The position numbers and the translations under genes are program-made. The notes beneath the pieces are model-generated. The model was given only the letters and a program-made list of their open reading frames with translations. It searched no databases and had not been told where the DNA came from. Shown in pieces: positions 40,015 through 51,338 of a DNA stretch of 64,000 bases. Source of the DNA: an uncultured Acidobacteriota bacterium (GTDB taxonomy: Bacteria > Acidobacteriota > Thermoanaerobaculia > UBA5066); assembly GCA_963779415.1 (NCBI GenBank), contig CAVZYA010000002.1, positions 1,712,050 through 1,776,049 on the forward strand, in the 5' to 3' direction. Every line of letters starts with the position of its first letter. Position 1 is the first letter of the stretch.

Positions 40015-41196
40015 TCAGAAGACGTAGATCGCGTCGAGGAGGATCGTCGGCTGAGAGGTCGTGAAGGTGGACTGCTTCTCGAAGACGGCGCGGTTCGACC
40101 AGTCCAGTCGCAGGTCTGCGCGAAGGAGAAAATGGGAGGTGATCTTCCATTCGGGGGTCAGCGTGACCTCCTTGAGGTACTGCCCGACGCCGGTCCGGGC
40201 GCCCTCCGGGTCTGCGAAGTACTCGCCCCGGAAAATGAAGGCGAAGTGATCGGAGAGGCCGAATCTCGCGTAGCCGACGATGCCGCTCCAGGTCGCCGTC
40301 TGGCCCGCCGTCACGGCATTCGGCTCGCTTCCGTACGTCAGCTCGAGGGTGAAGACCGTCAGGTCGGTGGCCTTCCACTGTCCCACGACGTTCCCGACGT
40401 TTCGCCAGTTCGCGTTCGTGTTTGGTTGCTCGGGCCCCACCATGTAGTTCCCGGTGACCGAGATCGTCTTCGAGGGGGTCCAGATGAGCTGCGCGCCGAA
40501 GGACTTGCCGCTGTTGTTGTCCTTCACGACGTCCCAGCCGTTGCAGATCTGAAGCATGCCGGCCAGCTCGTCGCTGAAGGTATAGGTGGCCTTCAGGCCG
40601 GTATGGGTGAAGGGAATGGCGTAACCGAAGACGAAGGAGCGGGTCGCGTTGTCGTTCCAGCCGTCGTACCCCTCGATGACCTCGTTGCCCATGTGGGTAA
40701 TGAACTTCCCGAAGTCGAACCGAAGCCCGCTTCCGAGGGGTGCAACATAGCTGACGAAGGCCTGCTGGAGGTCAAAGTCCTGTCCCTGGAAGAGGCCGGC
40801 GGCCGAGGCGACCCGCGCCACGGCGCCCGCCACGGCATCCACCCGGAAGCCGGCGTCGCCGGGCTTCTCGACGGCCTTCTGCAGGACGATCTCGGCGGCG
40901 TCGATGTTGACGCTGTTGTCCTGGTAATCGAAGACGCGGTACTGATTCAGGGCCGAAGCCGGCCGGTTGGTGTTGTACCCGTACCAGGCCGACACGAAGC
41001 CGTTGACCGCGATCTCCTCGTACCAGGGCTTCGGCGTGGGCGTCGGAGCCGGCGTGGGAGTCGGGGTGGGAGAGGGAGCCGGAGCCGAAGGAGTGGGCTC
41101 CTGCTTCTCGTCCGGCAGGGCGCGAGCAGCGGACGAGAGGAGCATCGCGGAGAAAGCGGCGGCGCAGAGGTATCGAGAAGGCGGATCGTTACTCAT
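40015..41196 (-). CDS. Outer-membrane beta-barrel porin in the kdp operon
   Basis: Signal peptide, PT-rich linker, NGFVSAWYGYNTN, DLQQAFVSY, FGKFITHMGNEVIE, YAIPFTHTG, C-terminal YVF. Confidence 0.85.
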   Translation of the reverse strand: MSNDPPSRYLCAAAFSAMLLSSAARALPDEKQEPTPSAPAPSPTPTPTPAPTPTPKPWYEEIAVNGFVSAWYGYNTNRPASALNQYRVFDYQDNSVNIDAAEIVLQKAVEKPGDAGFRVDAVAGAVARVASAAGLFQGQDFDLQQAFVSYVAPLGSGLRFDFGKFITHMGNEVIEGYDGWNDNATRSFVFGYAIPFTHTGLKATYTFSDELAGMLQICNGWDVVKDNNSGKSFGAQLIWTPSKTISVTGNYMVGPEQPNTNANWRNVGNVVGQWKATDLTVFTLELTYGSEPNAVTAGQTATWSGIVGYARFGLSDHFAFIFRGEYFADPEGARTGVGQYLKEVTLTPEWKITSHFLLRADLRLDWSNRAVFEKQSTFTTSQPTILLDAIYVF

Positions 41197-41219
41197 CTCT
41201 GTCTGACTTCGTGAGCTGT

Positions 41220-41501
41220 TCAGGCGGCGCGTGCTCCGGATGCCGGCGCACGCCCCGCCTTCGATCGAAACCCTTCGAGGCTCCGGTCGAGCCACATGTT
41301 CCAGTCGAAGCGAAGCTGCCCGAGCGCCGCGGAAAAGAAGATCACGTAAGCGCCGAATCCAGCCATCCCAGAGAGTATGCGAGGGATACCACCGAGCTTC
41401 GAGGCGAGGAGGGCGCCTGCGAGGAGCACTCCGAATGAAAGGAACAAGAGGACCAGAAGTCGAAGGACGGCCGGAAATCGGGAACCGGAATCGTCTCGCA
41501 C
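41220..41501 (-). CDS. Small 2-TM hypothetical protein
   Basis: Two hydrophobic stretches, co-oriented between kdpE and the porin; atypical codon usage. Confidence 0.4.
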   Translation of the reverse strand: MRDDSGSRFPAVLRLLVLLFLSFGVLLAGALLASKLGGIPRILSGMAGFGAYVIFFSAALGQLRFDWNMWLDRSLEGFRSKAGRAPASGARAA

Positions 41502-41535
41502 GCCCGAAAGATGCGACCGGACGGAGCAGGAAGTC

Positions 41536-41564
41536 CGGAAGGAGGCCGAAAGAAGTTCTAAAGA
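41536..41564 (-). promoter_or_regulatory. Candidate KdpE-binding direct repeats
   Basis: Minus strand TCTTTAG, TCTTTCG, CCTTCCG at exact 11-bp periodicity upstream of the porin-kdpFABC unit. Confidence 0.4.
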
Positions 41565-41580
41565 CGGCCGGTTCGCCGGG

Positions 41581-42285
41581 TCAGCGAAGAGGCTCGGCGA
41601 CGAAGCGGTAGCCGACCCACGGCTCGGTCAGGATGAATCGGGGGCGGGCGGGGTCGGGCTCGATCTTCCTCCGGAGGGAGCCGACGTGGACGCGGACGAC
41701 GTCCGGCGTCGTCCCCGGCGCCCCGTGCCAGACGCGCCCGATGATCTGGGCGATCGTCACGGGCTTTCCGGCCCGCGAGGCGAGGAACTCGAGGATGGAG
41801 AACTCGGTCGGCGTGAGCCGCACATCCCGGCCCTCAACCGTGACGAGCCGCCGCTCGACGTCAATCGTCAGGCCCGGAAACTCCAGGGGCTCGCGTGCCG
41901 CCTCGTCGAGCGTCCGCCGGAGGTGCGCCCGGACGCGGGCGAGAAGCTCGTGCACCGAGAACGGCTTGCTGACGTAGTCGTCGGCGCCGAGATCGAGGGC
42001 CCGGACTTTGTCGCTCTCGCCGCCGCGGACGGAGAGGACGACGATCGGGGTCCGGGAGCGACGCCGGACGGCTGCGATCAGCTCGTAGCCGTCGCTCTGC
42101 GGCATGGCGAGGTCCGTCAGGACGAGGTCCGGTGCTTCCGCCTCGAACCGCGAGAGGCCCTCCCGGCCATCCGCCGCCTCGATCGTCTCGTACCCGGCGG
42201 CCTGCAGCTCGGCGGCGAGGCCCCGGCGGACGGCGGGGTCGTCGTCCACGACCAGGAGTCGCAGGATCTGCGCCCCGCGGGTCAT
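41581..42285 (-). CDS. kdpE: KdpE response regulator (OmpR family)
   Basis: LVVDDD, TDLAMP, KVRALDLGADDYVSKPF, LTPTEF, LRRKIEPDPARPRFILTEPWVGYRF. Confidence 0.92.
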   Translation of the reverse strand: MTRGAQILRLLVVDDDPAVRRGLAAELQAAGYETIEAADGREGLSRFEAEAPDLVLTDLAMPQSDGYELIAAVRRRSRTPIVVLSVRGGESDKVRALDLGADDYVSKPFSVHELLARVRAHLRRTLDEAAREPLEFPGLTIDVERRLVTVEGRDVRLTPTEFSILEFLASRAGKPVTIAQIIGRVWHGAPGTTPDVVRVHVGSLRRKIEPDPARPRFILTEPWVGYRFVAEPLR

Positions 42286-43775
42286 GCCGGGCCTCCGGTC
42301 GCGGCTGCCGGGAAGTCGAGACGGGCGATCGTTCCGCCGCCGGGCCGGTCGAAGAGGGTGACGCTTCCGCCGAGCGCCCGCGCGAGAGAGCGGCAGATCT
42401 CGAGACCGAGGCCGGCGCGTCCACTGTCGCCCGGCTCGCCCCGGCCAGCGTGCCGCCTGCTTGACCGACGGCCGGAACGCCGGGGCCGCGGTCGAGCATG
42501 CTCGAGACGGACCGCTTCCCGGCTCGAGTGGCTCCGGCGCGGCCGAAAGCTCGAGGGGAGCGCCGGGGGGCGAGGCGCGGGCGGCGTTCTCGAGGAGGTT
42601 CGAGAGGATCTCGACGGCGAGGGCGGGATCGACGAGGAGGTCGGGGGTCTCCGGCGCGATCGAGACCTCGACCGCGACGCCCCTCGAGATACGAGCGAGA
42701 GGCTCTCCAGTCGCCGCGCGGAAGAGGTCGGCCGCGGGCGAGGGCTCGGGCTTCGGCGCGAATGTCCCGGCGTCGAGCCGCGCCATGGCGAGGAGATTGT
42801 CGATCCGCCGCGAGAGACGCTCCGTCTCGCGCGCGACCTCGTCGACGACCTCTTCGGCGCCGGCGTCCGGCTCGCGGAGCCGCTCGAGGCCGATCCGGAT
42901 CGCCGTCATAGGTGTCCGGAGGTCGTGCGAGACGGCGCGGAGGAGGGACGTCTTCAGCGGCGTCGCTCTCGCGGAGGGCCTCCGATGGCGGTCCGCTCCC
43001 GAAGGAACCGCTCGCGCTCGACGGCGAGGGCGACCAGGCGCCCGACCGACTCCAGCGCCGTGCGATCCGCCTTCGTTCCGCGTGCGACGAGAAGGCCACT
43101 CGCCTTCCCGCCGACGGCGAGCGGAAGGTAGACGTCCCGGGTGCCGCCGGCCGCCGCGATCTCGACGGTCTCCCCCTTGCGGCCGACGCTTTCGATCAGG
43201 ACGTCGTCCGGCCGGAGGCTCCCGGCGAGATCGAAGACGACATCGGCCTTTCCGGGGCCGTCGCGGAACAGGACGAGGCCGCCACCCCGGGCGCCGATCG
43301 TCCGGAGCGCCCTTCCCGCCGCTTCGCCGAGCGCCCCGATTCGGTTCGTCGCGGCGAAGAGGTCGATCGAGAGGTCGTAAAGGGCTTCGACCTCGGCTCT
43401 CCGCGCCTCGGCATCGGCGGCCTGCTGCCGGGCCCGCGCGACGAGCCGGCTCGCGACCGTGGAGGCGACGAGAAACGCCGCGAGTGCCACCCAGTTCGAC
43501 GGGTCGGCGATCGTGAAGGTCCCGACCGGCGGGAGGAAGAAGAAGTTGAAGGCGAGGGCCGCGGCGAGGGAAGCGACGGTACCGGCGACGAGGCCGCGTC
43601 CCACCGCCACGCCGAGGACGGCGATCAGGAAGGCGAAGCCCGTGGTCGTCGGGTTGGCGCCGAGGGCCCGGCCGAGAGCGGTCACCGCGGCGACCGCGGC
43701 GAGGGCCGAGGACCGCATCGGCGGTCGCCGGATCAGACCGGCCCGCCGCGTGCCGGACTCTCCGCTCGGAGTCAC
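42282..43775 (-). CDS. kdpD: KdpD C-terminal part (DUF4118 TMs, GAF, HisKA, HATPase; frameshifted)
   Basis: AFNFFFLPPVGTFTIADPSNWVAL, AVSHDLRTP, NLLENA, DRGPG, GLGLEICR pieced across frames. Confidence 0.88.
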
Positions 43776-44890
43776 CTCACCGCCTCCTCCCGGGGAGCGG
43801 AATGCGGGTTGCGCCGCACGGGCCAGATCCCGATGCCCCGCGAGAGAGCATCGGCGGCGATCCGATGCCCCGAAGCGTTCCAGTGGCTCCTGTCGGCAGC
43901 TCGTGTGACGATCCCACGGCGTTCGGCTTCCTCTTCGGCTTCGGCCACTCCGCCAATGACGATGAGGTTACTCGCCGAGGCGATGCGCCGGAACTCGGCC
44001 GCAAACGGCGGGGTCTCGTCGACGCAGAAGGCGTAGAGAGCCCGTTCGGGGCCGACGCGCTCCCTCATCCGGCGGAGGAGTCGTGCGGTGGTCTCGCTTG
44101 CTTCGGCGAAAAGAGGGTGGCTGGCCCCGACCTGAGCGATCTCGGTCTCGATGGAGGCCGCATTGGAGGAGGCCGCGAGCCGGTCGAGTCGGGAGAGGAT
44201 GAAGTAGACCGAGCGGAGGTGTCGGTTCGCGAAGTCGCGAAGGAGAGAGAAAGGCTTCGGCATCCGCCGGACGATCCGTCCGTCCGGAAGGAGATAGGGA
44301 CGCGTCATGCCGTTGTTGTTCCTCGTGCTCCGGCGTTCGAGTTCGAACGAATTGTTGACGAAGTCGTTCGCCGAGAACTGGAGGACGACGGCGTCGGGGT
44401 CTATGGCGTCGAGACGGCGGTTGAGGACCATCAGCTCCTGAAGCGTCCCCCAGCCTCCGGTGCCGCTCGCGTAGGCCTCGATTCCGTCCCGAGCGGCGAG
44501 GAGCGCGTAGAAGGTTTCCTCGTCCGAGACCTCGAGCGCCTGCGTGAAGGAGTCTCCGACGAATAGGACGCGCGAGCCGGCGGCGCCGAAAGGCGCGGAA
44601 TCCGGCGGAAACCGTCGGCGTCGAAGTGGACGGAAATCCGGGAAGTCCTTCCCGCGGCGTCGGTCCGGTCCTCCGCCGACGCGAAGTTCGGCGTCGTCCG
44701 CCAGCCGAGCTCCTCGTCGAGGACGAGGGGGCCGGCCACCGCCGCCTCCGGGCGGAAGAGACGGCGAATCCGGATGGCGCCCTCCACGAGCGCCAGGCCA
44801 GCGAGGAGTCCGAAGAGGACGGCAAGGGCCTTCCGGACCGGTTCGGATCCGCGCCGCCCTGCGGTCGGCCGACTTCGGGCGCGGAGGAAC
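43772..44890 (-). CDS. SGNH/GDSL hydrolase family protein (frameshifted, start approximate)
   Basis: DEELGW, DGFR, VLFVGDSFTQ, GWGTLQE, FSANDF, DRSHWNASGH. Confidence 0.75.
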   Translation of the reverse strand, partial: VPPRPKSADRRAARIRTGPEGPCRPLRTPRWPGARGGRHPDSPSLPPGGGGGRPPRPRRGARLADDAELRVGGGPDRRRGKDFPDFRPLRRRRFPPDSAPFGAAGSRVLFVGDSFTQALEVSDEETFYALLAARDGIEAYASGTGGWGTLQELMVLNRRLDAIDPDAVVLQFSANDFVNNSFELERRSTRNNNGMTRPYLLPDGRIVRRMPKPFSLLRDFANRHLRSVYFILSRLDRLAASSNAASIETEIAQVGASHPLFAEASETTARLLRRMRERVGPERALYAFCVDETPPFAAEFRRIASASNLIVIGGVAEAEEEAERRGIVTRAADRSHWNASGHRIAADALSRGIGIWPVRRNPHSAPREEAVR

Positions 44891-44892
44891 GG

Positions 44893-46312
44893 CTACCCGT
44901 GGATGTTCTGGCCGTGGACGGCCTCCGCCGCCTCGTGAAGCGCTTCCGAGAGGGTCGGGTGCGCGTGGATCGTCCGGATCATCTCTTCGGTCGTCGCCTC
45001 GCAGCGAAGGAACGCCGCCGCCTCGCCGATCAGCTCGGTGGCGTGCGGTCCGACGATGTGGACGCCGAGGACCTCGTCGTACTTCTTCTCGGAGACGATC
45101 TTCACGAACCCCTCGTTCGTCCGCTCCATGGCGCTCTTGGCGAGGACCGGGAAGGCGAATTTTCCGACGGCGACATCGAAGCCGCGGTCGCGCGCCTTCG
45201 CCTCCGAGAGGCCGATGGACGCCACCTCGGGGTCGGTGTAGGTGCAGCCCGGGACCTGGTCGCGGTTGATCGGCCGCGTCGGGACCCCCGCGATCGTCTC
45301 GGCCGCGACGATCCCCTCCGCCGACGCGACGTGCGCCAGCCAGATCGTCGGGGTCACGTCCCCGATCGCGAAGATCCCGGAGACGTTCGTCTGCTGGTGG
45401 TCGTCCACCACGACGTAGCCCTTTTCCGTCCGGACTCCGGCGGCTTCGAGGCCCAGCCCCTCCGTCACGGGCCGCCGGCCGACGGCGAGGAGGATCTTCT
45501 CCACGGTCCAGGAGAGAGGCTTTCCGTCCGGCCCCGTGGCGGCGACGGTCACGGTCCCGTCCTCGTTCCGCGTGACGGCCTCGACGGCCGTCGTCGTGTG
45601 ACATTCGATTCCCTTTTTCCGGAACGACTTCTCGATCTCCTTCGAGATCTCCTCGTCCTCGACGGGAAGGAGGCGCGGAAGGACCTCCACGAGGATCGTC
45701 TTGGTCCCGAAGCGCGAGTAGCACGACGCGAACTCCGACCCGACGGCGCCCGACCCGATGACGAGGAGCGACGCGGGGACCGACGTGCTCCGGAGGACGT
45801 GATCCGAGTTGAGGATCGACTGCCCGTCGGCCTTCAGGAAGGGAAGGTCTCGCGGCGCGGAGCCGGTCGCGATCACGACGTTTCTCGTCTCGAGCGTCAT
45901 CTCCCCCCCCTCGCCGGAGACCGCCACGCGGCCGGTTCCCGCGAGCCGCCCGATCCCGGCGTGGACTTCGATCCGGTGCTTCTTCATCAGGTAGTCGACG
46001 CCGCGCGCCCCCTTGAAGACCACCTTGTCGCGGAACTTCGCGACGGCCGGGAAGTCCAGCTCCACGCCGGACGCCCTCACGCCGAAGTCGGCGGCGTGCC
46101 TTGCCTCGTCGAGGAGGGTCGCGGACTTGAGCATCGCCTTCGTCGGGATGCAGCCGCGGTGGAGACAGGTGCCGCCGAGGCCGATGCCCGGGACCTTCGC
46201 GTCCCTCTCCACGATGGCGGTCCTGAGGCCGAGCTGGGCGGCGCGGATGGCGGCCACGTAGCCTCCGGGCCCGGAGCCGATGACGACGAGGTCGTAGGGG
46301 AGATGCGCTCAC
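44893..46312 (-). CDS. lpdA: Dihydrolipoamide dehydrogenase (1-nt indel near the start)
   Basis: YDLVVIGSGPGGYVAA, GGTCLHRGCIPTK, GSGAVGSE, HAHPTLSE. Confidence 0.94.
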
Positions 46313-46366
46313 GGTGACTCCTTGGCGCGCCGGGCGGCGCGGAGCGCGGAAATTATAGGCGGATCG

Positions 46367-47948
46367 TCAGGCCGGCGGATACCCCGTGATCGCACGAATC
46401 TCTTCGTAGAGCGGCTTGAGCCGCGCGTACATCTGGCGGTAGACGCGCGTGTAGAGCTCCTCGTAGAGGGCGGAGGTGACGGGGTCGGGCGTGGAAGACG
46501 CGGCCGATGCGCGTCATCGCTCGCGACGGCGGTCTCGAAATCCGGGTGGAGCCCGAGGCCGACGGCGGCGTCGATGGCCGCGCCCAGCCCCGAGGCCTCG
46601 TAGATGTGGGGCCGGCCGACCGGCAGCCCGAAGACGTCGGCCGTGATCTGCATCGCGGCATCGCTCTGCGAGCCGCCGCCCGCCACGCGCAGCTCGGTGA
46701 TGGACACGCCGGCTTCGCTGCTCCGCACGCGCTCCTTCCCTCGCGGAGCGCGTAGGCGAGCCCTTCGAGGATGGCGCGGTAGAGATGCGCGCGCGTGTGG
46801 ACGTCGCCGAAGCCGATGATGGCGCCTTTCGCTTCGGGGCCGGGCACGCTTGACGCCGGGCGACCAGTAGGGCTGCAGGACGAGGCCCATCGAACCGGGC
46901 GGAACGCTGTCGAACCAGCTCGTCGAAGAGGCTCTCCGGCTCGATCCCCCTCTCTCGCGCGACCGCCGTCCTCGCGATGGCCGAACTCGCTCGCTTGAAC
47001 CAGCTCACCATCCAGTAGCCGCGAAAGATCTGGATCTCGAGGCTGTAGGCGCCGGGCACGGCGGCGGGATAGGGCGGGAAGAGCGGGTAGCGGCTTCGAC
47101 GTACCGCCGGTGCGTCGTGTTGATGGTGGCGGTCGTGCCGTAGCTCAGGCAGCCGATGTGCGGCGAGAGGCAGCCGGAGCCGAGCACCTCGCAGGCTTTG
47201 TCCGCGGCGGCGGCGATCACCGGAAGGCCGGCCGGGAAGCCCGGTGGCTGCGGCGGCCTCCGCGCGTGATCTCGCCGAGGGGCTGGCCGGGCGGCACGAG
47301 TTCGGGGAGCAGGCCCGGGTCGACCGGGACGGCCTTCCACTTCCAGTCGCCCGCGCGGGCCCACGTGAGCTTCCTTGTAGTCGAAGGGGAGATAGCCGAC
47401 CTGGCAGCCGACGGAATCGACGAAGCGCCGGTGAGCCGGTGCGTGAGATAGCCGGAGAGGAAGAGGATATTTGTGGGTCTGCTCCCAGATCCCGGGCTGG
47501 TGCCGCCGGATCCAGTTGGCCTCGGCTTCGGCCTGGAAGTAGCGCGACCGTCGCGGGACATGCCGATCGCCCGGAAGAGCGAGCCCCCAGAGGCCGCCGA
47601 GAGGCGCGGCACGTCTTCGGCGCGACGCTGATCGAGCCAGAGGATGGCGGGGCGGAGGGCGTTCCCCTCACGGTCGACGTTGACCATCGTGGCGCGCTGG
47701 GTCGTGAGGGCGACGCCGGCGAGGTCCCGGGCCGCACGACACCCGCGGACCAGAGCGCGCGGCACGCATCGACGATCGACTCCCAGTAGATCTCGGGGTC
47801 GCTGTTCGGCCCAGCCCGGATGCGGCGAGAAATACGGGATAGAACGGCACGCGCGCCTTGGCGATGAGGTTTCCCGCCGGATCGAAGACGAGGGCACGGA
47901 CGCTCTGGGTTCCGGCGTCGAGCGCGAGGATCAGCTCGACGCTCCCAT
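46367..47948 (-). CDS. FGGY-family carbohydrate kinase (many frameshifts)
   Basis: [60 protein letters not shown] fragments. Confidence 0.82.
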
Positions 47949-47970
47949 ACTGACGCCCCCTCCGGACGTC

Positions 47971-49584
47971 TCACCGGTCGGAACACCGTGCATGCCTCCT
48001 CCAGAGCCGGCGGTAAGCGTCCTCCTCCTTCATCCATCGCTCTTCGTCCCAGCCAAGCTCTTCCCGGCAGATCGCCCGGATCGCGCGGAAAGTGCGCGGC
48101 TCCCCCCTCGGGCGCGGAGGAGGCCGAGGCGGACGCGACGAAGAAGAAGGTCGTCGAGGTGCGCCACCCATTCGGAGCGGGCTGCCCAGCGGATCTCGGC
48201 GGGGAGAACGGACGTCGCGGATAAGGGGGCGAGCTCGCTCTCCCGCGCCGACGGCGACCACCTCTCGCGCCTCGATCCCGTACCGGCCGAGGAGTCGGCG
48301 GAGCCGGCCCTCGTCGAGCCGATGGCCGCCCGGAATCCCGTCCGGAACGCGGTCCAAGGATCGGCGTCGACTCGTCGAGCCGGATCGGCCCCGCGAGGCG
48401 CCGGCGGACGGCGCTGGTAGGACGTCGAGGGCGATCAGCCGGAACGTCGTCAGCTTTCCGCCGGTGACGGTCACGAGGCCGTTCTCCTCCCAGATGGACG
48501 TGGTCTCGCGATTCCTTCGATGGGTCCTTCTTGCCCGTTCCGATGATCGGGCGGACGCCGCTGAAGGTGGCGATTGCGTCCCGGAGGTTCAGAGTCGAGA
48601 GTCGGAAAGCGGGCAGTCAACGCCTCCATCAGGTACGAGGTCTCCCCCAGCGCCGATCGCGGGCTCCTCGTCGAGCGAGCCGCGGTGATCGACGTCCGTC
48701 GTTCCGAAGATCGTCACCCCTTCCCAGGGGACGACGAAGAGGGGGCGGTGATCGCGCGGGTGAGAGAATGCTGATCGCCTGCGGGGCCGGCAGGCGCCAG
48801 GTGGGGAAGACGAGATGGCTTCCCGCGCAGGGGCCGGAGGCGGGCGGCCGCGCCGGCCTTCGCCACGCAGACGATCGGCCCACGCCCCGGTGGCGTTGAC
48901 GACGGCGCGGGCGCGAGACCTCGACGGACCGGTCGCCGATCCCGTCCTTCAGTGTGACGCCGGCGACAATCGCCGTGGTAGGATCAGCAGCTCCTCGACC
49001 TTGGCGTAGTTGAGCGCGGCGCGCGCCGGCCTCACCGCCTCCCGGATGACGCGGAAGACGAGGCGCGCGTCGTCGGTCTACGGCGTCGCCGAAACCAGAA
49101 GCCGCCGGTAGAGGCCGTCGAAGAAGAGATACGGGGCGCGAGGAGCCCGCAGCTCTCGCGGCCGAGAGGTGGCGATGATTCCATCGGCCCGCGAGGAAGT
49201 CGTAGACGAGAAGCCCCGTGCCGTACAGCAGCCGTCCCGGACGGTCTCCGGGGTAGGTCGCGAGGAGGAATCCGAGGCGATCCACGAGCCCCGGTCCTTC
49301 GGCGGACGAGCCGCTCCCGCTCGTGGACGGACTCGCTCGTGAGGCGCAGCTTCCCCTGCTTGAGGTACCGGAGCCCGCCGTGGACGAGCTTCGAAGAGCG
49401 GCTGGAGGTGCCCGATCCGAAATCGCCTTGTTCGACGAGGAGGGCGGAGAGGCCGAATCGCGTCGCCTCGCGGAGGATGCCGGCTCCCGTGATCCCGCCG
49501 CCGATGACGAGGAGATCCCACGGCTCGTGAGAGGCGGGACCAGAAGCGTCGCGCCGTCCGGAGGACTCCGCCGGCGTCTCTCAC
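47971..49584 (-). CDS. Glycerol-3-phosphate dehydrogenase/oxidase family flavoprotein (many frameshifts)
   Basis: [48 protein letters not shown] fragments. Confidence 0.82.
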
Positions 49585-51219
49585 GTGACGAGCTTCCCCG
49601 GGTTCATGAGGCCCTCCGGATCGAATGTCCACGAAAGAAGAGAATTGAGGGACCGAGACGCCCGCGCTCCCTTTTCCTCGGCGACGAGATACGGGAGATG
49701 GTCCGACGCCGACGCCGTGCTGGTGGCTGATCGTGCCTCGCCCGTCCCTGATCGACGCGGCTGGCGGCGGCCTTCAGGAGAGACTCCAGCGGCCGCAGGT
49801 TCTCGTCGGGGTCTTCGGCAAGACGGAAGAGGTACGTCGTGTAGAGGCTCGAGCCGTCCGAGATAGAGATGCGACAGATGAGAGAAGACATGGACGCCCT
49901 CGCCGATCTCCACGAAGCCCCTCGCGAGAGGGCTCCCTCGACGCCGTCGCGAAGGGAGAGGGAGGGCGGCTCCAGCGGAGCGGCGGTCTCGACGGTGTCG
50001 ACGGCGTATCCGGCGTCCCAGAGGGCGTTGCGGAGATACGGGGCGAAGAAGCGGCTCCGCAGCCACCGTTCCCGAAGGCCGTTCCCGACGTAGACGCCCG
50101 CCATGCGATCGCGAGAATTCCGAGCGTCTGCTTCGGGCGACCCGGGACGATCCTCTCGCCTGCCGGAGAGGCCGACGAGAAGGAGGCACTTCGACTCTCG
50201 CTTTCCGTCGAAGCCGCAGATACCCCTCCAGAGCGCCGTCATCGAGTCTCTCGTGACCGGCCAGGAGGAGCGACGACCGCGGTCTCCTCCGGCGTCGCGA
50301 GGCGCAACATGGAAAGGGGAAGGCGGGCCTGGGCGAGAAGGCGCGTGGCGGCCCGAGCCCGTCCCGAAGTCCGGGAAGGAAGACGGCGAAAAACTCCTCC
50401 CGTTCGGGGAGCGGGAGTGACGCGAACGGTCGCCTCGGTCAGGATCCCGAACCTCCCCTCGCGAGCCGAGGACGATCTCGCGCAGATCGGGGCCCGCGGC
50501 CGAGGCGGGAAAGACAGCGAGATCGAGAGTGCCGGCGGGGTCTCGAGATGGCCCCCCGCGAAGAGCCTCTCGATCCGTCCGTAACCGAGCGACTGCTGTC
50601 CGCTCGATCGCGTGGCCACCCAGCCCCCCGAGCGTCGAGTAGCTCGAAGGACTGAGGGAAGTGACCGAGGGTGAAGCCGCCCGCCGCGGAGCGCGGCCTC
50701 GAGGTCGGGCCCCTTCACACCGGCCCCGAACGCCGCGAGGTGACTTCTCGCGTCCAGAGTGGCGAAGGTCCGAGAGGCGGGAGAGATCGACGCGTGAGGA
50801 CCGGGCGGGCGTCCGCGAGCGGGTTGACATGGCCGAGCGACGCTCGTTCCGCCGCCGTACGGAATGAGCGAGGCGCCGCTTCGCCCTCGCGACGTACGAG
50901 TCGAACTCCTTCACGTCGGAATCGGACTCGGGCCAGGCCACGCCGTCGGGGAGCGCGCCCGAGGCGGCCGCTCGCGGAGGGCGATCCAGTCGGGAAGACT
51001 CTGTCCACGCGCGTGGAGAAGACGGGATAGGGGTTCGACGTCGAAGCCACGTCGCGCGGAAAAGACGGGACGGAGGAATAGCCGTCCGAGGAGAGTCGCG
51101 AAGCGCCGCGTCGCGCGGACGCGATCCGGACCCGAGAACGCCCTTGAGAAACGGAATCGTCCGCGGCAGGAATGGGTCGCCGTGATCGATCTCGTCCCCC
51201 AGCCGTTCCAGCGTCTCAT
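49581..51219 (-). CDS. FAD-binding oxidoreductase, alkyl-DHAP synthase (AGPS)-like (many frameshifts)
   Basis: MRRWNGWG, HARGQSLPDW, ATRSSGQQSLGYGRIE, SAAGPDLRE, PYLRNALW...VDTVETA, HLSHLY, GTISHQHGVG, DPEGLMNPGKL. Confidence 0.8.
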
Positions 51220-51338
51220 CCGGGGAGGCCTCCTCAAAGGAGCGGTTGACTCCTTCGCGATTGTCTCTCGCCGGGGGCGAGGCTCCCGGGCCCGGCCGGA
51301 CCCGGGCGGGAGCAGCGGAATAAGATTCCGTCTCACCG

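Noticed and set aside
41025-41100. Pro-Thr low-complexity repeat
   Set aside because: Ordinary flexible linker after the porin signal peptide.
41581-42909. Apparent KdpD kinase-KdpE hybrid ORF
   Set aside because: The HATPase G-box motifs (DRGPG, GLGL) lie in other frames, and kdpE has its own ATG overlapping a TGA; indel artefact.
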